Positions 10,422-22,331 of a DNA stretch of 64,000 bases are shown in pieces. Within the stretch, counting starts at the first letter, position 1. Every line of letters starts with the position of its first letter. A program made the position numbers and the translations under genes. The notes below the pieces were generated by a model. That model did no database searches, had not been told where the DNA came from, and saw nothing but the letters and a program-made list of their open reading frames with translations. The DNA lies in assembly GCA_973851085.1 (NCBI GenBank), contig OZ316776.1, positions 15,996,001-16,060,000 of the forward strand, in the 5' to 3' direction. This stretch comes from Ptychomitrium polyphyllum. Taxonomy: Eukaryota.

Positions 10422-12777
10422 TCATATCTAAGCTATGGACCACCATCCTGTGTTGCATGGAACAAGAGGCATTGAATGATAGGTTTGTATTGAAGATTTT
10501 AATTAGGTGTTAAGTTTATGCAGTGTTCTTTTAGTTTGTAAACATTTGCAAACCAAAAGTGTACTAATAAGTGCCCATTGTAATTAGTCATATGCATTAT
10601 TATGGTGAATAAGAAAAGAAAAGAAGATTTACATATAGGTTTTTGTAGTAATATGTATAACATTGTATGATGATATATGAATTACTTATAGCCTACATTT
10701 ATATTGAATGTTATGTGGTTATCTATAGTTCCATCTTGTTTTTGATTGTCACATTGTTTATTGCTAAATAGTGTTTGTTTGCTCTTTGCAATAGTTAGTG
10801 TAAACAACATATTACGTGTTGATGTAAAATAAAATGGAGGTTGAAATGGCCTTTAAACAACTATGTGAGAATGATAAAATCTAGATTTAAACGACGTTGT
10901 ATGGCCTTTGCAAATGTGCACACATTTGATGCTTTTGAAGAATCATTTTGGATGCCAATTTGGCTTCCAAAGCTCCAATAAAATTTAGTTTGTTCTTTTC
11001 CTTCTCTTCAAATATTTCATTTAATTTTGAAGAAAAGAAGCCATTTCTAACCCTTGATTACATACCACATATATTGTATGAAATCCAAAGTCTTGTGGCA
11101 TTCCAATTATGCTTGATTAGCAATTACCATTGTAATTGTTGAACCAAGAGGTAGTTTGAGCTTAATTTTGTTTGAAATGCCATATATCTTTTCTAGCAAG
11201 TACTTCAAAAAAAGATTTCTCATATCCTTCAAATGAAGACTTTGTTTCTTTCAAGTTCCATATCCAGATCTTGTAAATATACAATAAGTGATATTGATAT
11301 TATTTCCTTGGTTTATTAATTAATTTTTTTCTTATTTATTTTTTATTCAAATGAAAAGGTATTAATTTATATTTGTGAAAATGTGAAGTATATGAATGAC
11401 ATATCAATTTAAATAAATATTCTCACAAATTATTTTCTTAAAGTTATTTGTGAGAATGATTTTTTCAAATTTTTTTTTTAATAATCTTGAATCTGTTGGC
11501 TTACAAATTATTTGCACATGTGGTGTACACACAATTGCTACATGATTTAAACTAAAGCCTAATTTGTTAATGGCCTAGTATAATACACCTATTATTCTAA
11601 AAATCTTTTAGTCAAAAAAGATAAAAATTGCATTACTATTACTATTATTGTAATGAAATAGAAATCTATTATAGATATAAAGGAAATACTATATTAATTA
11701 GAAATTTCTATATGATTGTAATTTGTAAACCTTGTATATAAAAAGTAATTTAAAATCCATGCCAATATGGTAGAGAAAAACATTAAAATCTACACAATAT
11801 TAATATATACAACTTTGTGTCACGGACACAAATAAAGCAGCATAGTTTTTAGAATCTTTTAAAACCTTATGGTACATTATAGTAATTTTTAGACTACTTT
11901 CAATGCTTCCATAGCCATTTCAATCCTTAAAAAACTTCTTAAAAAGATTCCATAGACATTTAGAACATTCTTAAGCTTCATAGGAAGTATTCTAGGAAAT
12001 ACAAACGTCATAATATAAATAGAAGGCAAGACAAGATATACCTTATTCTTGCCAATACAAGTTGTGGATCTTTTTGTATCATGCTTTTATTCCAATCTTT
12101 GTATCAATTCTTGGTAAACATTAGCTTTTTGGAAGTCAATTCTTAGAAACCACTTTGTCTCTACTTCTTGTTTCTTGTGTCCTTAATAGTTTAGCAAGAC
12201 TATTCTTTATTTTTGCCAAAGCTGAAGTTTCTTTGAAAATAATACTAGATTATCCTTCTTTAGGATTCCATAGCGTCTTGATGGTTGCAGATTACCCTCC
12301 TCTAAGCTAACACCATAAATTGATTTCTTCTACTAAAAACAAGTGCTACTTCTTTTGAAGAAGAATTAATCTTTTAAATAACCCAAATTATCTTCCTTTG
12401 AAGATATTAATAGTCTTCTTATATTTGACAATCTTCAGTAAATAGTTTTTTTTTTTTAAGATATAAAAGATCCTTAAAGATTGGAAATTACTCTCTTCCA
12501 AGCTAAGTCTTGGTTTTTTTCTGCTTTTTCTTTGTTCACAAAGTTTATTGGTCTGAGTATGAATAACGTGCCAAAGACATCAGAATATAGGTTTGCAACT
12601 ATTGCAGACCTTCAAGAATTACTAAATATAGTTTGGACGGAGCTTATTTGTTTCAACACTACTAGTAATTTATGGTAGTACAGGTGTCAAATTGAAGAAT
12701 CGAATGGTGATATCTAGAGTCTATTTCAAGAAGTTGTTTGATTGCAAGAGGCCAATATTAGAAGAGAAGTTTTACGT

Positions 12778-14312
12778 TGTTGTGGTGAGAGTGGTATTTA
12801 TAGGAAATATAGGATTTTTTTTAGCATCTAATTGATCAAGGTCAAGATGCATGAAGAGTTTCTATTTCTAACACTCAATGAAGCAAATACCGTACTCCAA
12901 ATTTTCCCTCTACGTTGCCTTGAAAATCTCGAATGCTAAATATGTCATAACTTCTAGCAAACTAATTTGAAGCACCCAAAATTTTAACAAAACCTTCTTA
13001 AAACATTTAGTAGGCTATATAAAAATTTTGGTTGCCAAATCCTTAGTACCCTCTAAGATCCATAACTTCAAAGTTTACATTCTTCATTACTACAGTTCCT
13101 ATATTCCTATCACTTTACCACTTCATAACTCTTCTTTTATGATAAATTCAAACTTTGAATTTTGTGCACATAATACATATCTTATAATAAACACCTTGTT
13201 AAAAGATCAACCTTAGAAAACCCTTCTATCATCTATAATGACCCAAATTGTACAACCCCAAACTTCACTGTACACGGCCTTCTATGTCCCGATTGCATTT
13301 GTCTTTGTATCTTTTGCTCAAGAAGTCCAATGCTCACCAAATTTGGTACCATCTTTCCAAAGTAATCAAAACCTTTTTCTAAAAATTTCACTTACAAAAG
13401 ACGTTTCTACAAGAAGTTACGAACATTCAAACTAGCTGCCCTCAGAAACTCAAGGCAGCTAACTTAATTTTACTCAAACTAAAGCCACGACCACATACTA
13501 ACTCCAAATGGAGCGTGTGATGGCTTTCTAAAAAGCTTACAAAGAAAAAAAAAAAATCCAACAAAAATCAACTCAAATTAAGAAGTTTACTATGAGATCT
13601 CATCCAAAAAAGAGCTGCCTTCTTATTCTAGTGGGAGAGGCCAAGAGAGAAGAAGAAGGCGGTGGTCAAACCGCCACATCCACTCCTTATCTCTCCACAT
13701 CAACTATATCTCTCCACATCAGCCCCTAATCTCCTTTATCAAACCTTTATTTGACCATATCTTCAAATAAAAAACAACCTAAATCCCTTTCTTTTGCTTT
13801 TCTTTCTTTTCTTTCTTTTGGTTGAAACTTCTAGGTTCCAACTACAAAGAAGATAAAATCAACCCTCACAAGTCTAAAATAGAAACTAAAAAAATTAAAA
13901 TAAATTAAAGAAAGTAAGAAAAAGATTGAAATTCAACAAAAAACAAGTTAAGAATAAAACCATTGTCGAGGTAGGTTTAGATACCAAGTCATGAACTTGG
14001 TTGAGTGGATAATTTTTAGCTGCTGAATCGGTCCAAGTTTTATTCTTGTCGAAATTGTTGAGTAGAATGGCAGCACTTGACTTGGTGCTGCTAGCGAAAA
14101 CGGCAGGTAGAAAAATTTACAGTCAACCGGCCTAGTCACCTTACGCTAAGACAAGATGCGGTTCCACCTCCAAGATAAATAAAGATCGTGGTTTCACCGC
14201 GACCTTTATTTTAATCTAATTTTTTTTTTTTCCTAATACTCTTTTCCAAATAAACCAAACAACAAAAAATTTTAGTCAAGTTTTAAACTATACAATTAAT
14301 TACATCACGACA
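12778..14312. mobile_element. 1535-bp non-coding insertion (solo LTR-like) in gag of element A
   Basis: Ends TGTTGTGGTG...CATCACGACA (8/10 inverted repeat), flanked by ACGT on both sides. The homologous empty site in the minus-strand copy near 25612 has a single ACGT. Confidence 0.8.
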
Positions 14313-15013
14313 ACGTTAAAACCATACAATGCCAATGATTGGTATGCTAGACAAGTTTAATGGATTAAGTTCAAAGTTAAAAGGTGTTATTGAATAGAAA
14401 AGGTTTATTCTCAATTTGCATCAATCTTGTTATTTTAATGATACCATTCAAATGAGATCTGTAGCCATTCTTCTATCAAACAATGCACTATTGTGGTTGG
14501 CACCATTAATGGAAAAGAAGTCACCATTATTAAACTACTTTTGATGGAGTTTGAAAAGAAGTGTAAAGGATTTGTTACTTAGTATTTACAATGCCAAGGG
14601 TTGACACATTGGACAAATTCATCACTCAAGCAATAGTATGTAACAAGTGAATGTTTAAGAAGCACTAAGACCAATACTTGAAATGGACAACGATACATCA
14701 AGGTATAACAACCGCTTCTTTAAAAGCTTTGCAAAGTCAATTATAAGGATCAAAATTCATGCAAATTAATGCTGCCCAATTTAAACATTTGATTCCAGAG
14801 GAGAATGAAAGACCTCAAAGAAGAAATCTACATTTGTATTATTGCAAGTTTAGACATAAAGTGCACATTCGCCAAATCACAAAATCTGCTTTCAAGGCTT
14901 AGAACACAATGGTGGAGTTGGAAAACAAAGATGTCTTATTACAATAAAGACCACGCACCTAAGCACCAAAAGGTAATTATCACGGACATAGATCATGCAA
15001 AATAATCTTTTAG

Positions 15014-15597
15014 TGTCACGGACATAGATCATGCAACATAGTCCTTAGAACATTCTAGAAGCTTTTAGTATACTATAATAGCTTCTTATAACACTTTTAG
15101 TTGTCTCCATAGTCTTTTCCATGCTCTTAGGAAGTTTTCTAGGAAAGTTCTTCTACCTGAGGAAACTTCCTAGGAAAGTTCTATCATCTTAGGTAACTTC
15201 CTAGAAAACTTCCTAGAAAGGTTCCATCATCTTAGGAAACTTCCTAAGAAGGTTCCACTACCTTAGGAAACTTCCAAGGAAGGTTCCAACTCCTTGGAAG
15301 ATTCTTAAGAAGGTTCCAACATCTTAGGAAACTTCTTGAGAAGGTTCCCTAGACTTCTAGAACATTCTTAAGCCTTGCAGGAAGCTTCTTTAGAAGTATC
15401 CTAAGAGATACAAACGTCATAGTATAAATAGGAGGCAAAACAAGGTATTCCTTAGTTTTGCCAATACAAGTTGTGGATCATCTTGAATCCTGCCTTGTTC
15501 TAGCCTTTGTATCAACTTCTTGTTAATCATTAGCTTTTTGGAAGCTAATTCTTGGGAAACACTTCGTTTCTGCTTCTTGTTTCTTGTGTCCCTAACA
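15014..15597 (+). repeat. 5' LTR of element C
   Basis: TGTCACGGAC...CCTAACA; internal ~30-bp tandem repeats; TATAAATA at 15423. Confidence 0.93.
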
Positions 15598-15832
15598 GTT
15601 TGGCAAGACTATTTTTCATTTTTGTCAGAGCTAAGGTTCTTTGAAGAAGATTGTGGATTACCCATCTTCTTTAGGATTCCATAGCATCTTAGAGGTTGCG
15701 GATTACCCTCCTCTAAGTTGGCACCATAGAGTTGGTTTCTCCTTCTAGAACTAAGTATTACTTCTTTAAAGGATGTGAATTTTCCTCCTTTGAAGGTACT
15801 CATAGTCTTTCTGTGATTGAGGGTCTTAAGAA

Positions 15833-16852
15833 ATGAATAACGTGCTTGAAACATCAGAGAATAGGTTTGCAACTATTGCAGACCTACAAGAGTTATTAAA
15901 CACAGTTTGAACGGAACTTGCTCGTTTTAATATCACCAATAATTTGGAGCAATATACTCGGCAAGCTGAAGAATCCAATGGTGATATTCAAAGCCTATAT
16001 CAAGAGGTTGTTTGATTGCGAGAGGCCAATATTGGAAGGAAAGGCTTATGTTTAACCCATGCAGAGCCAAAGATTAGCATGCCAGACAAGTTCGATGGAT
16101 CAAGATCAAAATTGAAAGGCTTTGTTCAATAAGTAAGACTCTTCCTTAGTTTGCATCAATCTCGCTATCCTGAAAACACAACTCAAGTGGGATTTGTGGC
16201 CACTCTTTTATCAAATAATGCACTATCGTAGTGTGTACCATTAATAGAGAAGCAGTCCCCATTATTGAACAACTTAGATGTTTTTATAGAAGCATTGACA
16301 TCTACTTTTGGAGACACCGACCGAGAGAGGGTGGCTGAGACAAGGATTCAGAGTCTCCAATAAGGGTAGCGCTCAGCTGCTACATATGCTGCAGAGTTTT
16401 GACAATTAGCTTGCGACCTTGATTGGAATGATAAAGCCTTGGTCACACGATTTCGATGGAGCTTAAGAGAGAATGTAAAGGACTTGCTACTCACAATGCC
16501 AAGAATTGAAACATTGAACGAATTCGTTACTCAAGCAATAGCATGTGACAACAGATTATCTGAGAGGTGTCAAGAACAACGCTTGAGATGGTGACCAGTA
16601 CATCAAAGCATGGCTACCACTTCTTTAAGAATATTGGAAAGCCAACCACAAGGACCAGAACCTATGCAAATTGATGCTGCCCAGTTCAGACGTTTGACTC
16701 TAGAAGAAAAAGAAAGGCGTTGAAGAGAAAACCTATGTTTGTATTGTGGCAAGTCTGGACCTAAAGTGCGCGATTGCCAAATCAAAGGATTTGTCTTTAA
16801 GGCTCAAGGCGCAATAGTGGAGTTGGAAAACGAGGCGGTCCAGTCATAGTAG
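15833..16852 (+). pseudogene. gag: gag (retrotransposon gag domain plus degenerate zinc knuckle), multiple in-frame stops
   Basis: PDKFDGSRSKLKGFV, LDWNDKAL, GPEPMQID and CLYCGKSGPKVRDC in one frame from ATG 15833 to TAG TAG 16847-16852. Confidence 0.88.
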
Positions 16853-19800
16853 GGACCATGCGACTGGATACCACAAGGAAACGACCGTCGAATCAAGGTC
16901 TCTTATTACCTTCAAGTCCTACCTCTTGTTTTACATTTCCTATCAAAATTAAATTATTAGATGATGAAATAAATGATGAGGCTCTATTAAACACTGGTGT
17001 AACGGCATGTTTTATGGACAAGGATTTTGCAATCAAACATCACATGGTGCTTGTGAAGAAAAAATATCCCGCACCTATTGAAGTTATTGATGGACAATCT
17101 CTTGCGTCTGGCAATGTTATTGAAGAAACTCAACCTTTGGAGGTTGTTTTAGGAGACCAGGCATCTACAATTGTCTTCAACATCATTCAATGCCGAACGA
17201 ATCCTATTCTTTTGGACCTTCCTTGGTTTGAATTACATAATCCAGATATTGATTGGCGCTCATGGAATGTGGTCTCAAGGAAAACACGTCAAGGTACTAG
17301 AAATCATGGACCATCATTTATTAGAGCTAAGGCATTCATGAGAGCGGCAAAGGATGAACCAATCTATGCCATTTATGCCACGCCGATGTCTAGCTCTACA
17401 ATAGAGACTAATCAAAACATACCTCGTCAATATCAACGTTATAAAGACGTTTTTGAGAAGAAGAATGCCGACATGTTATTAAAGCAACGACTTTACAATT
17501 ATACCATTGAATTGCAAGAAGGAGCCCAACCACCTTTTGGACCTATTTATAACTTATCACAAACTGAGTTGGCTGCCTTGAAAGATTATATTGATGAAAA
17601 CCTTGGAAAAGGTTTCATTCAACACTCTAAATCACCTACTGGAGCACCCATTCTATTTATAAAGAAGAAAGATGGATCATTACGTATGTGCGTGGACTAT
17701 TGACGCCTCAATAAAGTAACAAAAAAGAATTGCTATCCATTACCATTAATCTCAGGATTCCTACAACAACTGGACCAAGCAAAGATATTCACCAAAATTT
17801 ATCTTAGAAGAGCCTACAATCTTGAACGCATCAAAGAAGGAGACAAATGGAAGACAGCTTTTCGATCTAGGTATGGTCATTTTGAATACAATGTCATGCC
17901 TTTTGGCCTTCCTAATGCTCCTGCAGTCTTCCAACATATGATAAATGATATCTTCCATGAACATCTGGATGATTTCGTAGTCATCTACTTAGATGACATT
18001 CTGATATATTCAAAGGATGAACAAGACCACAAATGTCATGTGCGACTGGTTTTAGAAAAACTACGCCAGCGAGGATTATATGCCAAATTGGAGAAGTGCT
18101 TTTTCCATGAATCCTCGGTTGAATTTTTAGGCTACATCATTTCCAAAGGAGGAATCCATATGGATAAGAAAAAAATAAGTAGTGTCATGGAGTGGAGTAC
18201 GCCAAGATCAATTCAAGATATTCAATGCTTCTTGGGATTTGCAAACTTCTACAAGATATTCATCAAGAATTATTTCAAGATTGCGGCACCATTAACACGT
18301 CTTACGGGGAAGCAAAAGTTCATTTAGGATGAAGAGGCGGAAAAAGCATTTCAAAGTCTTAAGAAGTCATTCATGTCGGCTCCAATTCTTATTCATCCAA
18401 ATCCATCAAAGCTTTTTTATTTGGAAGCAGATGCCTCAGATTTTGCACTTGGCTCAGTACTCTCACAATATGATGAAGACGGGAGACTTCACCCTCTTGC
18501 CTTTCGTTCAAGGAACTTCTCAGCGGCAGAGATCAACTATGATATACATGATAAAGAACTACTTGCAATTGTGGATGCATTTGAGGAATGGTGACAGTTA
18601 TTGGAAGGAGCTCAACATACCATCACGATATACACAGACCATAAGACCTTAGAGTATTTCATAAGTGCGCGTGTTTTGAATTGCCGTCAAGGAAGGTGGA
18701 GTATGTCGCTTTCCAGATTTGACTTTGTCATTACCTATCGATCTGGTAGCTTGCATGGTAAGTCAGATGCCTTATCTCAAAGATCTTATTTAACTCCTCA
18801 ACCTGGAGATGATGTTTTGAATCAACAAAGGACTAGATTATTGAAACCAAAGAATCTTCAATTGAAAGCAACGATTATTACGACAACATCCCATCTTGAT
18901 GAAATTTGGAAGGCTTTGAAAAATGACGTCTTTGTTTCAAATATAAAGAAGCGCCTCAAAAACAATGGAGGTCCTTCAAATAGCAATGAGGACTTTGAAC
19001 TCCAAGAGGGCCTACTTTATTATAAAGGACTTTTGTACCTACCTCCAGGCCCTTTGCGGTTGAAGATCCTTCAAGCACGTCATGATTTTCCAGTAGCAGG
19101 ACATGTTGAATTCAATAAAACAATGGAGTTGATTGCAAGAGACTATTGGTGGCCACAAATGTGGAAGTACGTAAAGGACTTTATTCAATCATGCGACATT
19201 TGTGCAGGAGCCAAGGTACCAAGACACCAACCTCATGGTCTCCTCCATCCGCTTCCAGTGCCAAAGGATCCATGGTTGTCTTTGTCAATGGATTTTATCA
19301 CGGACCTTCCAAACTCCGATTCTAAGGATTCTATTTTGGTAGTGGTGGATTGATTTACAAAAATGGCATATTTCATTCCATGCAACAAGACGGTAACGGG
19401 AGAAGAAACTGCCAAGTTGTTCCTAAATCACGTCTACCGCATACATGGACTACCAGATGATATTGTATCTGATCGAAGGCCGCAATTCATTTCCAACTTT
19501 TGGAGGGCTCTATTCCAGCTATTGCGCGTCAAGATCAATCTTTCTTCAGCACACCATCCGCAAATTGATGGCCAAACCGAACGTGTGAATCAAATTTTGG
19601 AGCAGTAGCTTCGTTGTAGCATAATCTACCAACAAGACAACAAGATGGATCTCTTGCCTTTGGCAGAATTTGCTTACAACAATACGATGCATTTATCAAC
19701 AATTCAAAGTCCATTCTTTGCAAACTATGGGCATCATCCTTGAGCAGATCCATTTCAAGTGAAGCATATTGGAAGTCCTGCGGCAGAGGATTTTGCAATT

Positions 19801-20337
19801 CAACTTGCTAAAATCAATTAAGAAATTATCTTCCAGTTTCAACAAGCACAAGACCGGTACAAAACTTACAAAGATCGCCATCGGAAGGACCATCCAAAGT
19901 TCAAGGTTGGAGATAGTGTATGGCTCTTACGACAAAATATACTAACAAAAAGACCATCAAACAAGTTGGACTATCAAAGGCTGGGACCGTTTGAAATCAA
20001 CAAACAAATAAATCCGGTTAGTTATTGCCTAAAGCTACCACCAAGCATGCAAATTCATCTAATGTTGCACGTATCAGTGTTGGAAATTTATAACAAGTCA
20101 TGTATATCAGAGAAAATTGTCTCTCCGCCTCCTCCGCTGGAAATCAATAATGAAATTGAATATGAAGTAGAAGAGATCTTAGATTCCCGCTCCAAAAACG
20201 GTCGTGTGGAGTACCTTATACATTGGCAAGGATATGGCATCAATGACCAAACATGGGAACCTTCAATGAATGTAATAAATGCATCCGAGAAGGTACGCGA
20301 ATTTCATCAAAGATATCCTCAGAAACCAAGTCAGTGA
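16825..20337 (+). pseudogene. pol: pol: aspartic protease, RT, RNase H, integrase, chromodomain; point nonsense mutations
   Basis: ALLNTG (catalytic D->N), VVIYLDDILIYS, EADASDFALGSVL, HHCC, D-D-E, GPF motif and [10 protein letters not shown]...YLIHWQGY...TWEP. All ORF fragments share one frame; stops include 17701, 18325, 18592, 19351, 19606, 19741 and 19819. Confidence 0.95.
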
Positions 20338-20990
20338 TGATGTGTCATCAGTAGCCGTTAGCTTCACAGCAAAGTATTTCCTTCATAGACAAGTATAAGA
20401 AGGGTGGAGAGATATCCAAACCTCCAATTGTATGCAACATTATTTCCAAGATAGATCATTTCTAGATCCTAGCTAGTATGTCAAATCTTTGTGTTATCAT
20501 GGATATGCGTGAAGAGCAGTTGGCCATGTCGTCATCAATAACAGCATCTATTGAGCCAACTCAACTTTCTAAGCCCTTGGTAACGGAGGATCTAAGTCAA
20601 GATTTGGGAGGGACATCCCAACGTCAAGTACAACCTTGTACAAAAGTATTGGCTAGCCGCCCTTCACATTCCAGTCTTGATTCAGATGCTCGCGCTCTAG
20701 TCATCTTGTTAGAAATTGGAAGAGTCACTCCTGGAAGACCCGAAATCTTGTTTGGAGGATGTTATGAAGGACTTAATCAAGATCAATCTTGGGATGGGAC
20801 ATTTCAACAACAGGAGTCTTGGCTGGTGGCCATCGACGCTTCTTGCAAGGACCAGTTGAATCAATGAACAAAGAACAACAAGCAGAATATGTTGCTTCAC
20901 TCCTTCGACAAATTTTGGAATTTGTAGAAATGTGATAAGCAAGCCAAGAAAAGGGCTCCTCATGGGACTTATCACTAAATGGGGAGGTGA

Positions 20991-21635
20991 TGTCATGGAC
21001 ATAGATCATGCAATATAGTCCTTAGAACATTCTAGAACCTTCTAGTATACTATAATAGCTTCTTAGAATACTTTTAGATGTCTCCGTAGTCTTTCAATGT
21101 TCTTAGGAAGCTTCCTAGGAAAGTTCTTCCACTTTAGGAAACTTCCTAAGAAGGTTCTATCATCTTATGAAACTTCCTAGGAAACTCCCTAGGAAGATTC
21201 CATCATCTTAGGAAATTTCCTAAGATGGTTCTATCATCTTAGAACACTTCCTAGGAAGGTTCTACCTCTTTAGGAAACTTCCTAAGAAGGTTCCACTACC
21301 TTAGGAAATTTCCAAGGAAGGTCCCAACTCCTTGGAAGACTCTTAGGAAGGTTCCAATATCTTAGGAAACTTCTTGGGAAGGTTCCCTAGACTTCCAAAA
21401 CATTATTAAGCCTTGTAGGAAGCTTCTTTAGAAGTATCATAGGAGATACAAGCGTCATAGTATAAATAGGAGGCAAGACAAGGTATTCCTTAATCTTACC
21501 AACACAAGTTGTGGATCATGTTGAATCCTGCCTTGTTCTAATCTTTGTATCAAGTTTTTGTTAATCATTAGCTTTTTGGAAGCTAATTCTTGGGAAACAC
21601 TTCGTTTCTGCTTCTTGTTTCTTGTGTCCCTAACA
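20991..21635 (+). repeat. 3' LTR of element C
   Basis: Direct repeat of 15014-15597, about 60 bp longer through extra internal repeat units; preceded by the purine tract AAATGGGGAGGTGA. Confidence 0.93.
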
Positions 21636-22076
21636 GGTCATTCCTACCCTGAGGTGTTTTATGTGGCATCAATTAGGTATAAAAAAAAACAAGGTGATAC
21701 TCACCTGAGTAATTTCTTGATTGGTGTCTTTTTGTCATTTCTTATTTATGAGGGAGTGTCTGCACACTTAAGTTGATTGCAAGTGCCTTTTAATTAATTT
21801 CTATAATTCTTCTTATTATTATTTATTAAAATCTTAAATAGATGATGTGAATACTGTTAGAGGGATGGCATTTAGTCTAGCAATTAAGCATAGATGCAAC
21901 ACAAGACTAGTTTTAAGAAACCAAATTTAGCTTTTACTTTGGACAATATAAAGAGATTGCATATTCCACAAGTAACAACAATTCCACCAAATAGAATTAG
22001 TTCCAATCCACCAAATCATACTTTTAGAATCTATAATCAAAAAAATCCTCGGGTTAGCACATTAGAGCCTATCAGA

Positions 22077-22330
22077 ATGGCTGCCCCAATAGCTCCTCCC
22101 ATAAATCCTTTGATTAGACCAAGGAGCTTGCTCATAGTGGTCCTAGTTGGATTGGGAGCAACTAATATGTCCTCCAATCTTCCTAAGTTCCATGGGACTA
22201 AGGATGAGGATCAATTGCACCATGTAGAGCAATATATAGAAGCCTTAGCAAATTATTTAGTGACAAACTAAGGTTACTACTTGGTCTGATCTCCCACCAC
22301 ATTATGCAATGAAGCCTATAACTGGTACCG
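22077..22330 (+). pseudogene. Fragment of gag from a different LTR retrotransposon family
   Basis: Reads MAAPIAPP...NLPKFHGTKDEDQLHHVEQY...SPTTLCNEAYNWY through two stops, matching the retrotransposon gag pattern LPKFxG...(F)PxxLxxxAxxWY; truncated at 22330. Confidence 0.6.
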
Positions 22331-22331
22331 T

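Larger units (their letters stand above)
15014..21635 (+). mobile_element. Full-length Ty3/gypsy chromovirus LTR retrotransposon (Tcn1/Tf1-sushi-like), inactivated (element C)
   Basis: LTRs 15014-15597 and 20991-21635 (TG...CA), polypurine tract about 20978-20990, domain order gag-PR-RT-RH-IN-chromodomain. No target-site duplication (TTTAG vs GGTCA). Confidence 0.96.

Noticed and set aside
15130..15350. CRISPR-like look of palindromic repeats
   Set aside because: No unique spacers, no cas genes; the repeats lie inside LTRs of eukaryotic DNA.
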